Origin: an uncultured Prevotella sp. | GTDB lineage: Bacteria; Bacteroidota; Bacteroidia; Bacteroidales; Bacteroidaceae | Direction of reading: 5' to 3' | Length of the DNA: 64,000 nucleotides | NCBI GenBank assembly: GCA_900315635.1 | Contig: OMZV01000012.1 | Coordinates: 7,109 to 71,108, forward strand | Shown: positions 41,968-52,176 of the stretch, in pieces | How the letters are laid out: each line of letters starts with the position of its first letter | How positions within the stretch are numbered: the first letter of the stretch is position 1 | Program-made: the position numbers and the translations under genes | The notes under the pieces: generated by a model | Told to the model about the DNA's origin: nothing | Seen by the model: only the letters and a program-made list of their open reading frames with translations | The model's database searches: none

Positions 41968-43254
41968 TTAATCTTTCTTCTGTGCTATATGAAGTTTCAC
42001 AAGTTCTATCTTTGTCATTGTGCTCTTGATAATCTTGAACTCGAACTTACCGACTTTAACGATCTCGTTGAGCTTCGGGAAACTCTGGTACTCATGAAGT
42101 ATGAGTCCGCCGATGGTCATATACTCGTCGCTTTCAGGCAAATCGAGGTCAAACATCTCATTGACATTGTCAACTTCAAGGCGAGCCGAAAGGAGATAGT
42201 CGCCGTCCTTGAGTTTCTTTGCTATGTAGTTGGTGTTGTCGTGCTCGTCCTCGATGTCGCCGAATATCTCCTCAACGATGTCTTCCAACGACACTATGCC
42301 ACTTGTTCCGCCAAATTCATCAACGACAACGCCCAGGCTCTTCTTCTCACGGAGGAAGGTCTGGAGCAGTTTCTGAGCCGCCATTGTCTCCGGAACAAAC
42401 GGCATCTTGCGGATATGGCTGCGCCAGTTGGCTGCGTCGTGGAACATCTCCGATGAATGGATATAACCGATGATATGGTCGATGTCACCCTTGAAGACGA
42501 TTATCTTGCTGTTTCCACTCTCTATAAAACGCTGCTGAAGTTGGTCAAGGGTACAGTCATCTGTATCGACGGCATTGATTTCAGTACGTGGTATCATGCA
42601 GTCACGAACCTTGGTATCAGGGAAGTCAAGGGCGTTCTGGAATATCTTAACCTCATCGTCGATGTCGTCATCGTCCTTGGCATTATCTATGCTGGACTGT
42701 ACCAGGTAGTCGAGATCGACTTTGGTAAATGCACCTGCTTCTTCTTCCTTAGCAATCTTAACGCCGACCAGACGGAGCATACAACGTGAAAGCCAAGTAG
42801 CAAAAACGCTAATCGGCCATAGTATAATGTAAAACAGGTAAGCAAGCGGAGCAAACAGGGTCAGGAGTTTGTTCGGATTGCTCTTGAACAGAAGCTTTGG
42901 GAGGAATTCGCCGGTGAAGAGCACTACCAGTGTGGAACTCAGCGTGTCGATAATAACCAGAGTCGCAGCATTGGTCACACCGAAATACTGCCACAATTGG
43001 TCGAATATCTGAGCGAAAAGTATACCGTAGACAACAAGGACTATGTTGTTGCCGACCAGCATAGTCGAGACAAAACCATTAGGATTATGATAGAATTTGT
43101 CGAGACAATGCTGTGCGAAACCGTTGGTCTCGCCCTTGTCTATCTCAGCCTGTAACCGGCTTGACGATACGAAGGCAATCTCCATACCAGAGAAGAATGC
43201 CGACAGTATCATCGTAATGATGATACTAATTATTAAAGGTATTTGATCTTCCAT
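41968..43254 (-). CDS. HlyC/CorC (CNNM-CBS-CorC) family membrane protein
   Basis: SAFFSGMEIA, FTGEFLPK, VVDEFGGTSG and EDIVEEIFG motifs. Confidence 0.92.
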   Translation of the reverse strand: MEDQIPLIISIIITMILSAFFSGMEIAFVSSSRLQAEIDKGETNGFAQHCLDKFYHNPNGFVSTMLVGNNIVLVVYGILFAQIFDQLWQYFGVTNAATLVIIDTLSSTLVVLFTGEFLPKLLFKSNPNKLLTLFAPLAYLFYIILWPISVFATWLSRCMLRLVGVKIAKEEEAGAFTKVDLDYLVQSSIDNAKDDDDIDDEVKIFQNALDFPDTKVRDCMIPRTEINAVDTDDCTLDQLQQRFIESGNSKIIVFKGDIDHIIGYIHSSEMFHDAANWRSHIRKMPFVPETMAAQKLLQTFLREKKSLGVVVDEFGGTSGIVSLEDIVEEIFGDIEDEHDNTNYIAKKLKDGDYLLSARLEVDNVNEMFDLDLPESDEYMTIGGLILHEYQSFPKLNEIVKVGKFEFKIIKSTMTKIELVKLHIAQKKD

Positions 43255-43340
43255 ATTATTTATCCATGTTCATACGCAAATAACAGATACAACGGAAACT
43301 CTCTTTCTGTTATTTCCGTTCTTCCCGTATGAATAAAAAT

Positions 43341-44108
43341 CTATTTTGTCCGTATGGAGTGGAACTTCGGTTTGCCCGAGCCTACCGGGTGTGGTCCCGA
43401 AGCCGATGGTCCGTTAACGGTATCCACCTGCTGTGAGCTTTGCTGGATTGGCTGTGGTGGTGGCATTCCGCCCGGTGAACGGCCAATCTTCGACCTGTTC
43501 TTGTCCAACTTTCCATGGGTCTGCTTGATGTCATACTGGGTCATATCCTCATTGCTCTCAAACCAGTTGCCGTCGATTTCCTTGTCAGGCATCTTTACAT
43601 GAGAATAGCTGTGCGACCAGAACTTATGGTTCTGCTCGTCCCAATAGAGTTCATCGCTCTGGAATGTCAAGCCCTGTGGATTCAAGATACGCACCCTGCC
43701 ATGGAGTTGCCACTTACGGAGTTTATCGAAATAGACAGCCGAGTCGCACTGGATGTATCCCTTGATGTGCATCTTCTCATCGAACTGAGTGAGCAAAACG
43801 CCTTTATCGAATACCCAGCGGGACGGGTTCCGAGCCTCATTGACCTCCCAACGCTCGGCAACAAGTCTGTATTTTATGACTCCGGAATCGGATATTAACG
43901 TATTGACTCCATACGTAACCATAGCAGGAACGGAGTCTCGCGGATTGACAGCCGGAGCCGTGTGCTCGTGTTCCTCAGAACAGGAAGCTATCAGCAAGGC
44001 ACAAAGAAGGCATCCCCCTATCCTTCGAAAGGAAGGACAACGAAATATAGTTTTTATCTCTGTGAGAATGTCTTCTAACATTATTAATATACGTCTGTCT
44101 TTTATCAA
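43341..44108 (-). CDS. lptC: LPS export periplasmic protein LptC
   Basis: Lipobox IASC; SDSGVIKYRL and SDELYWD motifs. Confidence 0.8.
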   Translation of the reverse strand: MIKDRRILIMLEDILTEIKTIFRCPSFRRIGGCLLCALLIASCSEEHEHTAPAVNPRDSVPAMVTYGVNTLISDSGVIKYRLVAERWEVNEARNPSRWVFDKGVLLTQFDEKMHIKGYIQCDSAVYFDKLRKWQLHGRVRILNPQGLTFQSDELYWDEQNHKFWSHSYSHVKMPDKEIDGNWFESNEDMTQYDIKQTHGKLDKNRSKIGRSPGGMPPPQPIQQSSQQVDTVNGPSASGPHPVGSGKPKFHSIRTK

Positions 44109-44192
44109 ATCACGTTAACCGCAAAGATTACAGCAGCTAATCAAACGAGCAGCATGCCTGTCTTTGCATATAATAAATAAGGTGAGATTCTT

Positions 44193-45500
44193 TTATTCTA
44201 CCTTGAACTTAGCGAACCAACGCTCGTTGAATGTCAGTCCGACTGTCACCATGAATGTATTTTCCTTGATTAAGTTATCAGCCGAGCGGTTAATCCAGTG
44301 TGCGCTGATGTTCAGAAAGCTTCGGTTGTTCCATCCATTTATAATAGGTATACCGAAGCCGATGCTTGCCTGTATCTCCTTAGGACCATCCATGCCGTTG
44401 ATTTTCTGATAAGACGGAACATAGCTGATTCCGGCACGGTAGTGGATACGCCCGAAGAAGTTATGTGACATCTCGCCTTTGCAGAAATCGCCGCCGAATG
44501 TATACTTCGAACGATCCTTCATCTCGCCATCGACAAGACGGAACGACGCCACATTGTTAGTAACGATGTACTCAGGAAGTGACACGCTGCCCCACTTCTC
44601 CAACTGGTAGTCGAATCCGAGTTTGAGCTGGTCTTTGTAATTCCATGTCAGTCCGGCACCGAACCTGTCAGGCAGAGATATACCATTGTCGATGACATAA
44701 CGTGATGTATCGTTGACAGCTGTCTGCGAGTTCGACGAAATGACAAGGCACTCCGGGTCAGTGTTTGTCTTGTGTCCCGGCTCGTAAACGAGTCCGAGTG
44801 TAAGTTCATTGTTTTTGTTCAGAGGCTGGGTATACTGCACACCGAAATTCAGGCGATAGCCTTTCATCTTCGTCTTGTAGTATTTCGACAGCGTATTGAC
44901 ATACGAGTCACTGTAGCTGTTGACCACCGAACGGGTAATGTCGCCCCACAGGTAACTGGCATTGAAACCGACGCTGAACCTCTTGAATGGTTTCCAACCG
45001 GCTCCGATGAACACTTCATGAACGCCACCGTCACCATCGTAGGTGTTGGTATAAGTCGGGTTAATGCTCTCCGTCGAGTTGAACGCGTTGACATTCGCCG
45101 TGTTCTTATAGTTGTAACCTACATTACTATAAGGCAGTACACCGAAAGTCATACCGACGTTCTTCATCAGGCGGAAAGCTCCGACAGCATATTCGAAGTC
45201 GGCATTCTTGTCATTCTTCTTAATGCCGTTCTCATTGAAGTTGGTTACTTGCAAGCCAACAGCGGCATCGAGGATGAACGTCAGCGAGTCGATGTAAGCG
45301 TATGACGCCGGGTTCTTGACATTGACCTGGTTATGCTCGTGGAATCCGTAGCCCAAACCGCTCATGCCGCGGTTGAAACCGGTCGACTGGTCATTGAGCA
45401 GTCCGAGTCCAAACTGGCTGTAAGGTGAGTTAGTACCACTCTGGGCCATCACCGTCGAAGTCACTGCCAACAGGCACGCAGCTATAATGATTTTCTTCAT
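44193..45500 (-). CDS. Outer-membrane beta-barrel protein (FadL/OMPP1-like)
   Basis: Signal peptide; NSPYSQFGLG, NPASY; alternating aromatic strands. Confidence 0.7.
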   Translation of the reverse strand: MKKIIIAACLLAVTSTVMAQSGTNSPYSQFGLGLLNDQSTGFNRGMSGLGYGFHEHNQVNVKNPASYAYIDSLTFILDAAVGLQVTNFNENGIKKNDKNADFEYAVGAFRLMKNVGMTFGVLPYSNVGYNYKNTANVNAFNSTESINPTYTNTYDGDGGVHEVFIGAGWKPFKRFSVGFNASYLWGDITRSVVNSYSDSYVNTLSKYYKTKMKGYRLNFGVQYTQPLNKNNELTLGLVYEPGHKTNTDPECLVISSNSQTAVNDTSRYVIDNGISLPDRFGAGLTWNYKDQLKLGFDYQLEKWGSVSLPEYIVTNNVASFRLVDGEMKDRSKYTFGGDFCKGEMSHNFFGRIHYRAGISYVPSYQKINGMDGPKEIQASIGFGIPIINGWNNRSFLNISAHWINRSADNLIKENTFMVTVGLTFNERWFAKFKVE

Positions 45501-45615
45501 TCCGTAACTATTAATTTGTGAAAACAGGCACCGATTTGCCTATTTTGGTGCAAAATTATTGAAAAAAATCGATATAACTGCATTATAAATGAAAAAGATG
45601 AGTTAATTTTGCATC

Positions 45616-46839
45616 GTGAAACGTTTTATTACAGTCATAACGGTATTGTTGCTTACGCTGATTCCGGGCAATCTTCCGGCATCGGCACAGAGTCAGGAAA
45701 GTGGCGGACAAGCTGCCGGACAGCCTGCTCCAAAGCAAGACTCCATCGAGATAAGCCTGCTCACATGCACTCCGGGAACCGAGATTTGGTCGGAGTTCGG
45801 GCACACAGCCCTGCGCATCCACAACCTCACAAGGGGTGTCGATGCGGTGGTGAACTATGGTATGTTCTCGTCGAATACGCCTTACTTCATACCGAAATTC
45901 GTTTTCGGACTGACCGACTATCAGGTTGGCGTTGAGCCGTTCAACACCTTTCTGGCTGAATACATTTACGAAGGACGAGGCGTCATAGAGCAAAGGCTGA
46001 ACATCAGTTATGCTGATAAAGTCGCCATTTGCGAGGCAATAACAGAGAACGTCAAGCCTGAGAACCAGGTCTACAGATACAATTTCTTCTATGACAACTG
46101 CACCACACGTGCCCGTGATATTGTCGTCGACAACCTCAGCGGAAACGTAAAGTACCCGCCGGCAATGCAGGACTCGTGCTCATTCCGCCAGATGGTGCAT
46201 CGCTGCACGGTTGATTATCCGTGGACTCAGTTCGGTGAAGACCTTCTGCTTGGCATTCAGGCAGACTGGCAGACATCAAAAAGCGAGCAGCAGTTTCTGC
46301 CTGACAACCTGCGCAAGGACTTCGACAAGGCACTCTACAACGGTCGTCCGCTGGTCAGCAGTACACGCATGATTGTAACTCCGCAGCCTCTGAGCAAGGG
46401 CAAGAACGTTCCTCTCTCGCCGATGGATGTCATGATGATTCTGCTCGTCGTGACAGTAACCCTCGAGTTGTTTGAGCACAAATCGAAGAAGATTTTCTGG
46501 GGAATCGACCTGTTCTACATGCTTCTGACAGGACTGACAGGCATTGTCATAACGGCAATGATATTCTCACAGCACCCTACCGTGAGGGTAAACCTGCTTA
46601 TTCTGATACTTAATCCGCTGCCGCTAATATTTGGTTATCAGGCTATAAGACACACTATTAAGCATGAGAAATACTGGTGGTGGACAGCATGGGAAGTACT
46701 CATCGTGCTCTTCATGGTAGGTGGTTTCTTCCAAACATATCCGTCCGGAATGATAGTTTTGGCATTGGTTTTGCTCACTAGACCACTGATGCATCACTAT
46801 ATGCTCAACAAAAACAAAGGAGTCACCCCACAAAAATAA
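45616..46839 (+). CDS. DUF4105/Lnb-type lipoprotein N-acyltransferase-like membrane protein
   Basis: LLTCTPG..FGHTALR and YNFFYDNCTTR motifs; C-terminal TM helices. Confidence 0.7.
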   Translation: MKRFITVITVLLLTLIPGNLPASAQSQESGGQAAGQPAPKQDSIEISLLTCTPGTEIWSEFGHTALRIHNLTRGVDAVVNYGMFSSNTPYFIPKFVFGLTDYQVGVEPFNTFLAEYIYEGRGVIEQRLNISYADKVAICEAITENVKPENQVYRYNFFYDNCTTRARDIVVDNLSGNVKYPPAMQDSCSFRQMVHRCTVDYPWTQFGEDLLLGIQADWQTSKSEQQFLPDNLRKDFDKALYNGRPLVSSTRMIVTPQPLSKGKNVPLSPMDVMMILLVVTVTLELFEHKSKKIFWGIDLFYMLLTGLTGIVITAMIFSQHPTVRVNLLILILNPLPLIFGYQAIRHTIKHEKYWWWTAWEVLIVLFMVGGFFQTYPSGMIVLALVLLTRPLMHHYMLNKNKGVTPQK

Positions 46840-46891
46840 CATTTTAATTATTAAAAGTAATATTTCTAATTTATAATTTCTGATTTATACT

Positions 46892-47245
46892 TTGAATAAG
46901 TATCTCACCATACTCCTTGTCCTGCTTACCGCAACAGGCTCAGAAGCGCAGACACTGACGTCGGCACTGAGTCTACAGTGTGGCAACATGAAGTTTGAGC
47001 AAATGCTCACGCCTGAGCAGATAAGGGCTATGGGCTCTGACATTATGTCAGTGTTGAAGGTTCTTCAGACCAACGCTGACAACGAAAAGATACATCCATT
47101 CTACAATAATAATTTTCTTTCGGCTGCTTTTCAAACCACAGACATGCCGTTGGGCAATTCTTCAACCACTGTCTGGCCGAAGCCGAAAGACACACGACTA
47201 GTATTCACCAAGTCGTCAGTTTCCATTCGTGCACCAAGTAAATAA
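46892..47245 (+). CDS. Small exported hypothetical protein (possibly a fragment)
   Basis: TTG start with a signal-peptide-like N-terminus. Confidence 0.4.
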   Translation: MNKYLTILLVLLTATGSEAQTLTSALSLQCGNMKFEQMLTPEQIRAMGSDIMSVLKVLQTNADNEKIHPFYNNNFLSAAFQTTDMPLGNSSTTVWPKPKDTRLVFTKSSVSIRAPSK

Positions 47246-47399
47246 CGGCTAAACGCTAATCAATCAGCGATTAAAGGTAGGGAGTATTGTGCATGTACCA
47301 ACCCCAAATTAATAATATATATAAGGTGTATTGCGGATAAAAATTAGTACCTTTGCACCAAATTGTAAAATACACGAATAGGAAACAAAATTAAATACA

Positions 47400-50300
47400 A
47401 TGAACTTTAACAGCATTTTAAAGTCTATCTTCGGCGACAAATCGTCGAGAGACATGAAGAAGATACAGCCTGAGGTGGAGAAAATCAAAGCCGTTTACGA
47501 CGATATCGACAAACTCAGCAATGATGAGCTCCGCGCCAAGACAAAGGAGATTCAGAAGTACGTGCAGGACTCCGGAAAGGAACTCCGCGAACAGCAGGAG
47601 CAGCTGCGTGCCACCATCGAGGACACTCCTATCGACGAGCGCGAGGCTATCTTCAACAAGATAGACAAACTGCATGAGGAAGAGCTGGCAAAGTATGAGG
47701 ATGCCCTCAACGAGGTATTGCCAACCGCCTTCTCTATCGTCAAGAGTACCGCACGCCGTTTCGCCGAGAACGAGGAGACGGTTGTAACAGCAACCGACTT
47801 CGACCGTGAGCTTGCCGCCGACCCGGCTAAGGACTTCATCACAATCGATGGCGACAAGGCTATATACCACAACCACTGGACTGCCGGAGGCAACGACCTC
47901 AAGTGGGAGATGGTCCACTATGATGTACAGCTCTTTGGTGGAGTTGTCCTCCATCAGGGTAAGATTGCCGAGATGGCTACCGGTGAGGGTAAAACCCTCG
48001 TGGCAACACTGCCTGTATTCCTCAACGCACTGACAGGAAACGGCGTTCACGTTGTCACCGTCAACGACTATCTGGCTAAGCGTGACTCTGAGTGGATGGG
48101 GCCTCTCTATGAGTTCAACGGACTGAGCGTTGACTGTATCGATAAGCACCGCCCTAATTCGGAGGAGCGCCGCAAGGCTTATCAGGCTGATATTACCTTC
48201 GGAACAAACAACGAGTTCGGTTTCGACTATCTGCGTGACAACATGGCAATAAGCCCTGCCGACCTCGTACAGCGTGAGCACAACTACGCTATCGTCGATG
48301 AGGTCGACTCTGTCCTCATTGATGATGCACGTACACCTCTTATTATATCAGGTCCTGTTCCAAAGGGCGACGACCAGATGTACGAGGAGTATCAGCCGTT
48401 GGTTGAGCGTCTTTATGAGGTTCAGCGCAAGCAGGCTACCGAGCTTCTGGCTGAGGCACGCCATAAGATTACTGAGGGTCAGAACGTTATGGCATCCGAC
48501 TCAAAGAAGGGCGCACAGCTCCTTGAGGAAGGTTTCCTTGCCCTCTACCGTTCTTACAAGGCTCTGCCAAAGAACAAGGCTCTCATCAAATACCTCTCTG
48601 AGGACGGCATAAAGAGCGGAATGCTCAAGACCGAGGAATTCTACATGGCCAACAACAACCGTGAGATGCCTAAGGCTGTTGAGCCTCTGTACTTCGTTGT
48701 CGATGAGAAACTTAACTCTGCCGACCTTACCGATAAGGGTACCGACTGGCTGGCTAAGCAGACTAAAGACCCTCAGCTGTTTGTCCTCCCTGACATTACT
48801 TCTCAGCTCTCTGACCTTGAGAAGCAGCACAACGACGGCAAACTGACCGACGAGGAATATATCGATAAGAAGGACGACATGATGTCGCACTATGGTGTTC
48901 AGTCGGAGCGTGTTCACACTCTGCAGCAGTTGCTGAAGGCTTACACCATGTTCAACAAGGACGATGAGTATGTCGTCATGGACGGCGAGGTTAAGATTGT
49001 CGACGAGCAGACCGGCCGTATCATGGAAGGTCGTCGTTGGAGTGACGGTCTCCACCAGGCTATCGAGGCTAAGGAGCACGTGAAGGTCGAGGCTGCTACG
49101 CAGACTTTCGCTACCATCACCCTGCAGAACTACTTCCGCATGTACCATAAGCTTGCCGGTATGACCGGTACGGCATCTACAGAGGCCGGTGAGTTCTGGG
49201 ACATCTACAAGCTCGATGTTGTCGAGATTCCTACCAACAAGCCCGTCATCCGTAAGGACCTCGACGACCGTGTCTACAAGACAGCACGTGAGAAGTACGC
49301 TGCCGTTATCGAGGAAATCGAGAACATGCGTGTCATAGGTCGTCCGTGCCTTGTAGGTACAACGTCTGTCGAGATAAGTGAGTTGCTCAGCAAGATGCTC
49401 GACATGCGTAAGATTCCTCATCAGGTGCTGAACGCCAAGCTTCATCAGCGTGAGGCAAACATCATTGCCGAAGCCGGTAAGAGCACAATGGGAACGGTAT
49501 TCGTAACGACTGACAACCAGGCATTCACCGATAAGCCATCGGCTGTACGCCATCAGGCTCTGCTCATTCAGGCTGCCGACCAGGGTCGCAAGGGCTCTGA
49601 TCCTAATCTGAAGGGCGAGAAGGCTGAGGGCCTGATAAAGACCGACCAGCGTCTGCTCGGTGCTGTTACCATCGCCACCAACATGGCAGGTCGTGGTACC
49701 GATATTAAGCTTACACCGGAGGTTAAGGCTGCAGGAGGTCTCGCCATCATCGGTACTGAGCGTCACGAGAGCCGTCGCGTCGACCGTCAGCTGCGTGGTC
49801 GTGCCGGTCGTCAGGGTGACCCGGGTTCTTCTGTGTTCTACGTTTCACTGGAAGACAAGCTGATGCGTCTGTTCGGTTCTGAGCGTATTGCCAAGATCAT
49901 GGACCGCATGGGACTTGAGGATGGCGAGCGTATCGAGTCGCCGATGATCTCAAAGAGCATTGAGCGTGCACAGAAGAAGGTCGAGGAAAACAACTTCGGT
50001 ATCCGTAAACACCTGCTCGAGTACGATGACGTGATGAACAAGCAGCGTACCGTTATCTATGAGAAACGCCGTCACGCCCTCATGGGTGAGCGTATCGGAA
50101 TGGATATTGCCAATGTCATCTGGGACCGTGTACTGAATATCATCGAGAAGAACGACTACGAGGGCTGCAAGGAGCGCTTCCTCAAGATTCTCGCTATGGA
50201 GGTTCCGTTCACCGTCGAGGAGTTCGAAAACGGCAATAAGAACGACCTTGCCGAGCGTGCTTATCAGGACGCTATGGCTACATTCAAGCGTAAGACCGAC

Positions 50301-50933
50301 CGCATCCAGAGTGTTGCATGGCCTATCATCAAGCAGGTCTATGAGACTCAGGGCTCTCTCTATGAGCGCATCATGGTGCCAATCACCGACGGAAAGCGTG
50401 TTTACAACATTCCTTGTGACCTCAAGGAGGCTTACGATACTGAGTCTAAGTCAGTTGTAAAGCAGTTCGAGAAGGTTATCATGCTCCACATCATTGACGA
50501 TGACTGGAAGGAGAACCTCCGTCAGCTCGACGACCTCCGCCACAGTGTTCAGAACGCTTCTTACGAGCAGAAAGACCCGCTGGTAGTATTCAAACTTGAG
50601 AGCGCCAACATCTGGGATGATATGATCGACGACATGTACGACCGCATAGCAAGTATTCTCATGCGTGGTGCTATTCCTGAGATGCAGCAGAACAATGTTC
50701 AGGAGGCTGCCCCTGAGGAGCACAGCCAGCGCTACAACGAGCAGAAGGTCGACCTCGACGAGCAGCCGGACCGTCAGGCTCAGCAGGCTGCCGCACAGCA
50801 GGATACCCGCGAGACTGCCAACCGCGTCAACCACGTTCCTTACGTTGCCGAGAAGATGCCGCGTCCTAACGACCCGTGCCCATGCGGCAGCGGCAAGAAG
50901 TTCAAGAACTGCCACGGTCGTAACATCCGTTAA
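47400..50933 (+). CDS. secA: Preprotein translocase SecA
   Basis: [20 protein letters not shown] and [13 protein letters not shown] motifs; C-terminal [10 protein letters not shown]; TACCTTTG box at 47348. Confidence 0.99.
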   Translation: MNFNSILKSIFGDKSSRDMKKIQPEVEKIKAVYDDIDKLSNDELRAKTKEIQKYVQDSGKELREQQEQLRATIEDTPIDEREAIFNKIDKLHEEELAKYEDALNEVLPTAFSIVKSTARRFAENEETVVTATDFDRELAADPAKDFITIDGDKAIYHNHWTAGGNDLKWEMVHYDVQLFGGVVLHQGKIAEMATGEGKTLVATLPVFLNALTGNGVHVVTVNDYLAKRDSEWMGPLYEFNGLSVDCIDKHRPNSEERRKAYQADITFGTNNEFGFDYLRDNMAISPADLVQREHNYAIVDEVDSVLIDDARTPLIISGPVPKGDDQMYEEYQPLVERLYEVQRKQATELLAEARHKITEGQNVMASDSKKGAQLLEEGFLALYRSYKALPKNKALIKYLSEDGIKSGMLKTEEFYMANNNREMPKAVEPLYFVVDEKLNSADLTDKGTDWLAKQTKDPQLFVLPDITSQLSDLEKQHNDGKLTDEEYIDKKDDMMSHYGVQSERVHTLQQLLKAYTMFNKDDEYVVMDGEVKIVDEQTGRIMEGRRWSDGLHQAIEAKEHVKVEAATQTFATITLQNYFRMYHKLAGMTGTASTEAGEFWDIYKLDVVEIPTNKPVIRKDLDDRVYKTAREKYAAVIEEIENMRVIGRPCLVGTTSVEISELLSKMLDMRKIPHQVLNAKLHQREANIIAEAGKSTMGTVFVTTDNQAFTDKPSAVRHQALLIQAADQGRKGSDPNLKGEKAEGLIKTDQRLLGAVTIATNMAGRGTDIKLTPEVKAAGGLAIIGTERHESRRVDRQLRGRAGRQGDPGSSVFYVSLEDKLMRLFGSERIAKIMDRMGLEDGERIESPMISKSIERAQKKVEENNFGIRKHLLEYDDVMNKQRTVIYEKRRHALMGERIGMDIANVIWDRVLNIIEKNDYEGCKERFLKILAMEVPFTVEEFENGNKNDLAERAYQDAMATFKRKTDRIQSVAWPIIKQVYETQGSLYERIMVPITDGKRVYNIPCDLKEAYDTESKSVVKQFEKVIMLHIIDDDWKENLRQLDDLRHSVQNASYEQKDPLVVFKLESANIWDDMIDDMYDRIASILMRGAIPEMQQNNVQEAAPEEHSQRYNEQKVDLDEQPDRQAQQAAAQQDTRETANRVNHVPYVAEKMPRPNDPCPCGSGKKFKNCHGRNIR

Positions 50934-51640
50934 TGATGTCTATAGTTATTAGCGATTTAAAGAAATCCTTCGGGGCTGTCACAGCTGTCGACATCCCCGA
51001 ACTTACAATAAACAAGGGTGACCTTCTCGGACTCGTTGGCAACAACGGGGCCGGGAAGACCACCCTTCTTCGTTTATTGCTCGACCTTACATGCCCTGAC
51101 AGCGGAACAGTCAGCCTCAACGGCTTCAATCCGCGCCAGTCGGAGGATTGGAAATCATGGACAGGCTCCTACCTCGATGAAGGTTATCTCATCGATTATC
51201 TCACGCCCGACGAATACTTCGAATTCATCGCAAAGATAGACGGAATATCCTCATCGGAGCTCAAGGACCGTCTCACGCCAATGGAACGATTTGCCAATGG
51301 TGAGATTTTCCATGAGCGAAAGTACATCCGCAGTTTCTCGGCAGGCAACAAACAGAAAATCGGAATCATCGCGGCACTCATCAACCAGCCGCAAATTCTC
51401 ATTCTCGACGAGCCCTTCAACTTCCTCGACCCTAGCGGACAGGAGTATCTAAAGGCTATCCTTACCGATTATCACACCAGGACCGGAGCAACAATCATCG
51501 TCTCCAGCCACAACCTTCAGCACGTCACCGACATATCAACCCGCATCCTCGTCATGGAGAAAGGGGTCATCGTCCGTGACCTTCCTAACGACAACAAGAC
51601 TGATGTCGAAACCGAGCTAAAGGACTATTTCGCCGTTTAG
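50933..51640 (+). CDS. ABC transporter ATP-binding protein
   Basis: GNNGAGKTT, FSAGNKQK, LDEP and SSH motifs. Confidence 0.92.
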   Translation: MMSIVISDLKKSFGAVTAVDIPELTINKGDLLGLVGNNGAGKTTLLRLLLDLTCPDSGTVSLNGFNPRQSEDWKSWTGSYLDEGYLIDYLTPDEYFEFIAKIDGISSSELKDRLTPMERFANGEIFHERKYIRSFSAGNKQKIGIIAALINQPQILILDEPFNFLDPSGQEYLKAILTDYHTRTGATIIVSSHNLQHVTDISTRILVMEKGVIVRDLPNDNKTDVETELKDYFAV

Positions 51641-51756
51641 CCCATCTATTAATTGGTAAATTTATTTCAATTTCGCCAATAATCTCTCCCTTCCAAGCAC
51701 CGACTTCACAACTAGTTGTAATCCAACTATTTACAAGGTCACACCAAACATTACAA

Positions 51757-51840
51757 TAAAAGATACCCGATTAGCTTCTAAAAGATACCGTTTTACATTC
51801 TAATCGGGCATCTTTCTCGTCCTAATCGGATATCTTTTAC
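51757..51840. repeat. Four-unit 22-bp-phased repeat element, copy 3
   Basis: Inverted unit at 51757, hybrid at 51779, forward units at 51801 and 51823. Confidence 0.85.
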
Positions 51841-52027
51841 AAATCACTATACCATTCCCCACCCCACCTGTAATATTCTTTCATCACTCTCCTCCTCTCA
51901 TTTCATTCCCTCTGTATGGGTTGCCTAAGCGAAGCGCATGGTCACCCCGCCATCCCTTTCTCCTATCTCCCAGAATATGAATTCTTGTTTTGTAAACCGA
52001 CAACATATTAATCCATTATCCACCTTT

Positions 52028-52106
52028 GCAGGAGCGACGGTCTCCGAACCGTCGACTATACAACAACAATCCTTTCTTGCGACAGTTCGGAGACTGTCGC
52101 CCCTAA
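52028..52106. repeat. REPIN-like inverted pair of hairpin REP elements
   Basis: gcgacggtctccgaaccgtcg and the reverse complement gcgacagtctccgaactgtcg (19/21 identical). Confidence 0.7.
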
Positions 52107-52176
52107 CCAAAGTCCGTAATAAAGCCCAACAGGAACGGCTTGTTAAAAGCGTGCTCCTCTTGTCTAATTATGGTTT

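Noticed and set aside
49482-49658. Mini-intein in SecA
   Set aside because: No terminal His-Asn or following nucleophile, and it is too short
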